Shown piece by piece: positions 57,931 through 64,000 of a stretch of 64,000 bases of DNA. The notes beneath the pieces were generated by a model. It made no database searches. It saw nothing but the letters and a program-made list of their open reading frames with translations, and had not been told where the DNA came from. Location of the stretch: the NCBI GenBank assembly GCA_964016885.1, contig OZ024743.1:128898001-128962000 (forward strand), in the 5' to 3' direction. A program made the position numbers and the translations under genes. Source of the stretch: Eledone cirrhosa. Lineage: Eukaryota. The first letter of the stretch is position 1. Each line of letters starts with the position of its first letter.

Positions 57931-60900
57931 ACCACGCACCAAACACCGAACACCAAACACCAAGCACAAAGCACCAAACACCGAACACCAAACATCAAGC
58001 ACCAAACACCAAACACCAAGCACCAGACACCAAGCACCAAACAACAAACACCAAACACCAAGCACCAAGCACCAAACACCAAACACCAAGCACCAAGCAC
58101 CAAGCACCAAACACCAAGCACCAAAGACCAAACTCCAAACAACAAACACCAAACACGAAACAGCAAACACCATACAGCAAACACTAAACACCAAAAAGCA
58201 GACACCAAACAGCAAACACCAAACACCAAACACCAAACACCAAACAGCAAACACCAAACACCAAGCAACAAACACCAAGCACCAAGCACCAAACACCTAA
58301 CACCAAGCACCAAGCACCAAGCACCAAGCACCAAACACCAAGCACCAAACACGAAACACCAAGCACCAAGCACCAAGCACCAAGTACCAAACACCAAGAA
58401 CCAAGAACCAAACAGCAAGCACCAAGAACCAAGTACAAACACCAAGCACCAAGCACCAAACACCAAGCACCAAGCACCAAACACAAAACACCAAGCACCA
58501 AGCACCAAGCATCAAACACCAAGCAGCAAACACCAAACACCAAGCACCAAACACAAAGCACCCAGCACCAAACACCAAGGACCAAGCACCAAGCACCAAG
58601 CACCAAAAACCAAACACCAAACACAAAACACCAAGCACCAAGCACCAAGCACCAAGCATCAAACACCAAACACCAAGCACCAAGCACCAGGCACCAAACA
58701 CCAAGCACCAAGCACCAAACACCAAGCACCAAGCACCAAACACCAAACACCAAACACCAAACACCAAACAACATACAGCAAACACCAAACACCAAAAAGC
58801 AGACACGAAACAGCAAACACCAAACACCAAACAGCAAACACCAAACAACAAACACCAAACAACAAACACCAAACAGCAAACAGCAAATACCTAACACCAA
58901 GAACCTAGCACCAAACACTAAGCACCAAGCACTAAACACCAAGCACCAAGCACCAAACACCAAGCACCAAGCACCAAGCACCAAACACCAAACACCACCC
59001 CCAAAGACCAAGCACCAAGCACCAAACACCAAGCACCAAACACCAACCACCCAGCACCAAGCACCAAACACCAAGCACCAAGCACCAAACACCAAGCACC
59101 AAGCACCAAACACCAAGCACCAAGCACCTAGCACCAAACACCAAGCACCAATCACCAAGCACCAAATACCAAGCAGCCAGCAGCAAGCACCAAACACCAA
59201 ACACCAAGCACCAAGCACCAAAAACCAAACACCAAGCACCAAGCACCAAACACCTAACACCAAGCACCAAGTACCAAATACCAAGCACCAAACACCAAGC
59301 ACCAAACACCAAACACCAAGCACCAAACACCAAACACCAAACACCAAGCACCAAACACCAAACACCAAGCACCAAGCACCAAACACCTAACACCAAGCAC
59401 CTAGCACCAAACACCAAACACCAAGCACCAAAAACCAAGCACCAATCACCAAGTATCAAACACCAAGCAGCCAGCAGCAAGCACCAAACACCAAACACCA
59501 AGCACCAAACACCAAGCACCAAGCACCAAACACAAAACACCAAGCACCAAGCACCAAGCATCAAACACCAAGCAGCAAACACCAAACACCAAGCACCAAA
59601 CACAAAGCACCCAGCACCAAACACCAAGGACCAAGCACCAAGCACCAAGCACCAAAAACCAAACACCTAACACCAAGCACCAAGCACCAAGTACCAAGCA
59701 CCAAACACCAAGCACCAAACACCAAACACCAAGCACCAAGCACCAAACACCAAGCACCAAACACCAAACACCAAGCATCAAACACCTAACACCAAACACC
59801 AAGCACCAAACACCAAGCACCAAACACCAAGCACCAAGCACCAAACACCTAACACCAAGCACCAAACACCAAGCACCAAACACCAAGCACCAAGCACCAA
59901 GCACCAAGCACCAAGCACCAAACACCAAGCACCAAACACCAAGCACCAAACACCAAGCACCAAGCACCAAACACCAAGCACCAAGCACCAAACACCAAGA
60001 ACCGAGCACCAAGCACCAAGTACAAACACCAAGCACCAAGCACCAAACACCAAGCACCAAGCACCAAGCATCGAACACCAAGCACCAAACACCAAGCACC
60101 AAGCACCAAGCATCAAACAGCAAGCATATAACACCAAACACCAAACACCAAAAAGTAGACACGAAACAGCAAACAGCAAACACCAAACACCAAACAGCAA
60201 ACAGCAAACACCAAGCACCAAGCACCAAACACCTAACACCAAACACCAAACACCAAGCACCAAACACCAAGCACCAAGCACCAAGCACCAAACACCAAGC
60301 ACGAAACACCAAGCACCAAACACCAAGCACCAAGCACCAAACACCAAGCACCAAGCACCAAACACCAAGAACCAAGCACCAAGCACCAAGTACAAACACC
60401 AAGCACCAAACACCAAGCAGCAATCACCAAGCACCAAACACCAAGCAGCCAGCAGCAAGCACCAAACACCAAACACCAAGCACCAAGCACCAAAAACCAG
60501 ACACCAGACACCAAGCACCAAGCACCAAACACCTAACACCAAGCACCAAGCACCAAGTACCAAGCACCAAACACCAAGCACCAAACACCAAACACCAAAC
60601 ACCAAACAGCAAACAACATACAGCAAACACCAAACACCAAAAAGCAAACACCAAACACCAAACAGCAAACACCAAACAACAAACACCAAACAACAAACAC
60701 CAAACAACAAACACCAAACACCAAGCACCAAGCACCAAACACCAAACACCAAACACCAAGCACCAGGCACCAAACACCAAGCACCAAGCACCAAACACCA
60801 AGCACCTAGCACCAAACACTAAGCACTAAGCACCAAACACTAAGCACCAAGCACCAAACACCAAGCACCAAGCACCAAGCACCAAACACCAAGCACCAAG

Positions 60901-63900
60901 CACCAAGCACCAAACACCAAACACCAAGCACCAAAGACCAAGCACCAAGCACCAAACACCAAGCACCCAGCACTAAACACCAAGCACTAAACACCAACCA
61001 CCCAGCACCAAGCACCAAACACCAAGCGCCAAGCACCAAACACCAAACACCAAGCACCAAGCACCAAGCACCAAACACCAAGCACCTAGCACCAAACACC
61101 AAACACCAAGCCCAAAACACCAAGCACCAATCACCAAGCATCAAACACCAAGCAGCCAGCAGCAAGCACCAAACACCAAACACCAAGCACCAAGCACCAA
61201 AAACCAAGCACCAAGCACCAAGCACCAAACACCTAACACCAAGCACCAAGCACCAAGTACCAATCACCAAACACCAAGCACCAAACACCAAGCACCAAAC
61301 ACCAAGCACCAAACACCAAACACCAAGCACCAAACACCTAACACCAAACACCAAGCACCAAACACCAAGCACCAAACACCAAACACCAAGCACCAAGCAC
61401 CAAACACCTAACACCAAGCACCAAACACCAAGCACCAAGCACCAAGCACCAAGCGCCAAACACCAAGCACCAAACACCAAGCACCAAGCACCAAGCACCA
61501 AACACTAAGCACCAAGCACCAAACACCAAGCACCAAGCACCAAGCACCAAACACCAATCACCAAGCACCAAAGACCAAGCACCAAGCACCAAACACCAAG
61601 TACCCAGCACCAAACACCAAGCACTAAACACCAACCACCCAGCACCAAGCACCAAACACCAAGCACCAAGCACCAAACACCAAACACCAAGCACCAAGCA
61701 CCAAGCACCAAACACCAAGCACCTAGCACCAAACACCAAACACCAAGCACAAAACACCAAGCACCAATCACCAAGCATCAAACACCAAGCAGCCAGCAGC
61801 AAGCACCAAACACCAAACACCAAGCACCAAGCACCAAAAACCAAACACGAAGCACCAAGCACCAAACACCTAACACCAAGCACCAAGCACCAAGTACCAA
61901 GCACCAAACATCAAGCACCAAACACCAAGCACCAAACACCAAACACCTAACACTAAGCACCAAACACCAAGCACCAAACACCAACCACCAAACACCAAAC
62001 ACCTAACAACAAGCACCAAACACCAAGCACCAAACACCAACCAGCAAACACCAAGCACCAAGCACCAAGCACCAAGCACCAAACACCAAACACCAAGCAC
62101 CAAGCACCAATCACCTAACACCAAACACCAAACACCAAGCACCAAACACCAACCACCAAACACCAAGCACCAAGCACCAAGCACCAAGCACCAAACACCA
62201 AGCACCAAACACCAAGCACCAAACACCTAACACCAAGCACCAAGCACCAAGTACCAAGCACCAAACACCAAGCACCAAACACCAAACACCAAGCACCAAA
62301 CAGCAAACATCAAGCACCAAGCACCGAAAAAATAACACCAAGCACCAAACACCAACCACCAAACACCAAGCACCAAGGACCAAGCACCAAGCACCAAACA
62401 CCAAACACCAAGCCCCAAACACCAAGCACCAAGCACCAAGCACCAAGTACAAACACCAAGCACCAAGCACCAAACACCAAGCACCAAGCATCAAACACCA
62501 AACACCAAACACCAAGCACCAAGCACCAAGCACCAAGCATATAACACCAAACACCAAGCACCAAACACCAAGCAGCAATCACCAAGCACCAAACACCAAG
62601 CAGCCAGCAGCAAGCACCAAACACCAAACACCAAGCACCAAGCACCAAAAACCAGACACCAAGCACCAAGCACCAAACACCTAACACCAAGCACCAAGTA
62701 CCAAGCACCAAACACCAAGCACCAAACACCAAACACCAAGCACCAAGCACCAAACACCAAGCACCAAACACCAAGCACCAAGCACCAAACACCAAGCACC
62801 AAGCACCAAACACCAAGCACCAAGCACCAAGCATCAAACACCAAACACCAAGCACCAAACACCAAGCACCAATCACCATGCATCAAACCCCAAGCAGCCA
62901 GCAGCAAGCACCAAAAACCAAACACCAAGCACCAAGCACCAAACACCAAGCACCAAGCACCAAACACCAAGCACCAAGCACCAAGCACCAAACACCAAGC
63001 ACCAAAGACCAAGCATCAAGCACCAAACACCAAGCACCCAGCACCAAACACCAAGCACCCAGCACCAAACACCAAGCACCCAGCACCAAACACCAAGCAC
63101 CAAACACCAACCACCCAGCACCAAGCACCAAAGACCAAGCACCAAACACCAAACACCAAACACCAAACACCAAGCACCAAGCACCAAGCACCAAACACCA
63201 AACACCAAACACCAAGCACCAAACACCAAACACCAAGCACCAGACACCAAGCACCAAACACCAAACACCAAACACCAAGCACGAAGCACCAAACACCAAA
63301 CACCAAACACCAAGCACCAAACACCAAACACCAAGCACCAAACACCAAACACCAAGCACCAGACACCAAGCACCAAACACCAAACACCAAGCACCAAACA
63401 CCAAACACCAAGCACCAAGCACCAAACACCAAACACCAAGCACCAAGCACCAAACACCAAGCACCAAAGACCAAACAGCAAACAGCAAACACCAAACACC
63501 ATACAGCAAACACTAAACACCAAAAAGCAGACACCAAACAGCAAACACCAAACACCAAACACCAAACACCAAACAGCAAACACCAAACACCAAGCACCAA
63601 ACACCAAGGACCAAGCACCAAACACCTAACACCAAGCACCAAGCACCAAGCACCAAACACCAAGCACCAAACACCAAACATCAAGCACCAAGCACCAAGT
63701 ACCAAACACCAAGAACCAAGAACCAAACACCAAGCACCAAGCACCAAGTACAAACACCAAGCACCAAGCACCAAGCACCAAACACCAAGAACCAAGCACC
63801 AAACACAAAACACCAAGCACCAAGCACCAAGCATCAAACACCAAGCAGCAAACACCAAACACCAAGCACCAAGCACCAAACACAAAGCACCCAGCACCAA

Positions 63901-64000
63901 ACACCAAGCACCAAGCACCAAGCACCAAAAACCAAACACCAAACACAAAACACCAAGCACCAAGCACCAAACACCAAACTCCAAGCACCAAGCACCAAGC
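57930..64000 (+). repeat. Mosaic, more heterogeneous right zone; terminal ~2 kb resembles the left domain
   Basis: Short reshuffled landmark modules with private variants (CACCCCC ~58996, AAGTAGA ~60153, CGAAAAAATAA ~62325). 62870-64000 parallels ~5770-6850, and 62340-62550 parallels ~300-510. Confidence 0.7.

Larger units (their letters stand above)
1..64000 (+). repeat. Heptamer satellite array (CACCAAR)n, dimorphic CACCAAA/CACCAAG, extending beyond both window edges
   Basis: Every line parses into 7-mers CACCAAA/CACCAAG with scattered single-base variants (CATCAAA, CACCTAA, TACCAAG, CAGCAAA, CACCCAG). No inversion or unique insert seen. The + strand is almost T-free. Confidence 0.99.

Noticed and set aside
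700-63000. CRISPR-like arrangement of the recurring CAGCCAG-CAGCAAG motif
   Set aside because: Spacing is hundreds to thousands of bp, the intervening DNA is the same satellite rather than unique spacers, and there are no cas genes.
636-63991. Hundreds of - strand hydrophobic Trp/Cys-rich ORFs resembling membrane proteins
   Set aside because: The same 7-aa pattern appears in all three frames, starts are GTG/TTG inherent to the monomer, and ends are set by random variant stops.
1-64000. Canonical telomere repeat (CCCTAAA/CCCTAA)
   Set aside because: No canonical units were seen and the monomer has only a CC run. It is kept only as a speculative telomere-like hypothesis.
1-64000. Hairpins, terminators, tRNA/rRNA or transposon inverted repeats
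   Set aside because: The + strand is nearly T-free and G-poor with no inverted segment, so extended self-complementarity is not possible.
1-64000. Fungal RIP signature (CpA to TpA)
   Set aside because: TACCAAG and CACTAAG variants exist but are sparse, while the vast majority of CpA sites are intact.

Overview
The whole 64 kb window is one uninterrupted, single-orientation tandem array of a 7-bp monomer, CACCAAR (CACCAAA and CACCAAG intermixed; minus strand YTTGGTG), roughly 9,100 monomers by length/7. I see no unique sequence, gene, RNA gene, transposon or CRISPR array. Every ORF in the track is an artefact: the stop-free heptamer gives HQ[T/A]P[N/S]TK in all three + frames and [F/L]G[V/A]WCLV in all three - frames. 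The real structure is higher-order. Rare variant monomers act as landmarks and show (i) a left domain (1-19.4 kb) with ~4.7-6.0 kb periodicity, (ii) a more diverged relic zone (~19.4-23.3 kb), (iii) a young central domain (~23.7-58 kb) built from nested near-identical duplications (offsets 665, ~2,500, 3,590, 5,093, ~6,850, ~11,950 and 15,552 bp) with junctions mappable to tens of bp, and (iv) a mosaic right end that returns to left-domain variants. This looks like a eukaryotic satellite or (sub)telomere-like array with layered expansions. Organism and function cannot be determined from this window, and I found no evidence for a protein-coding system. Offsets were derived by eye from landmark motifs and from matching ORF coordinates; boundaries are approximate.
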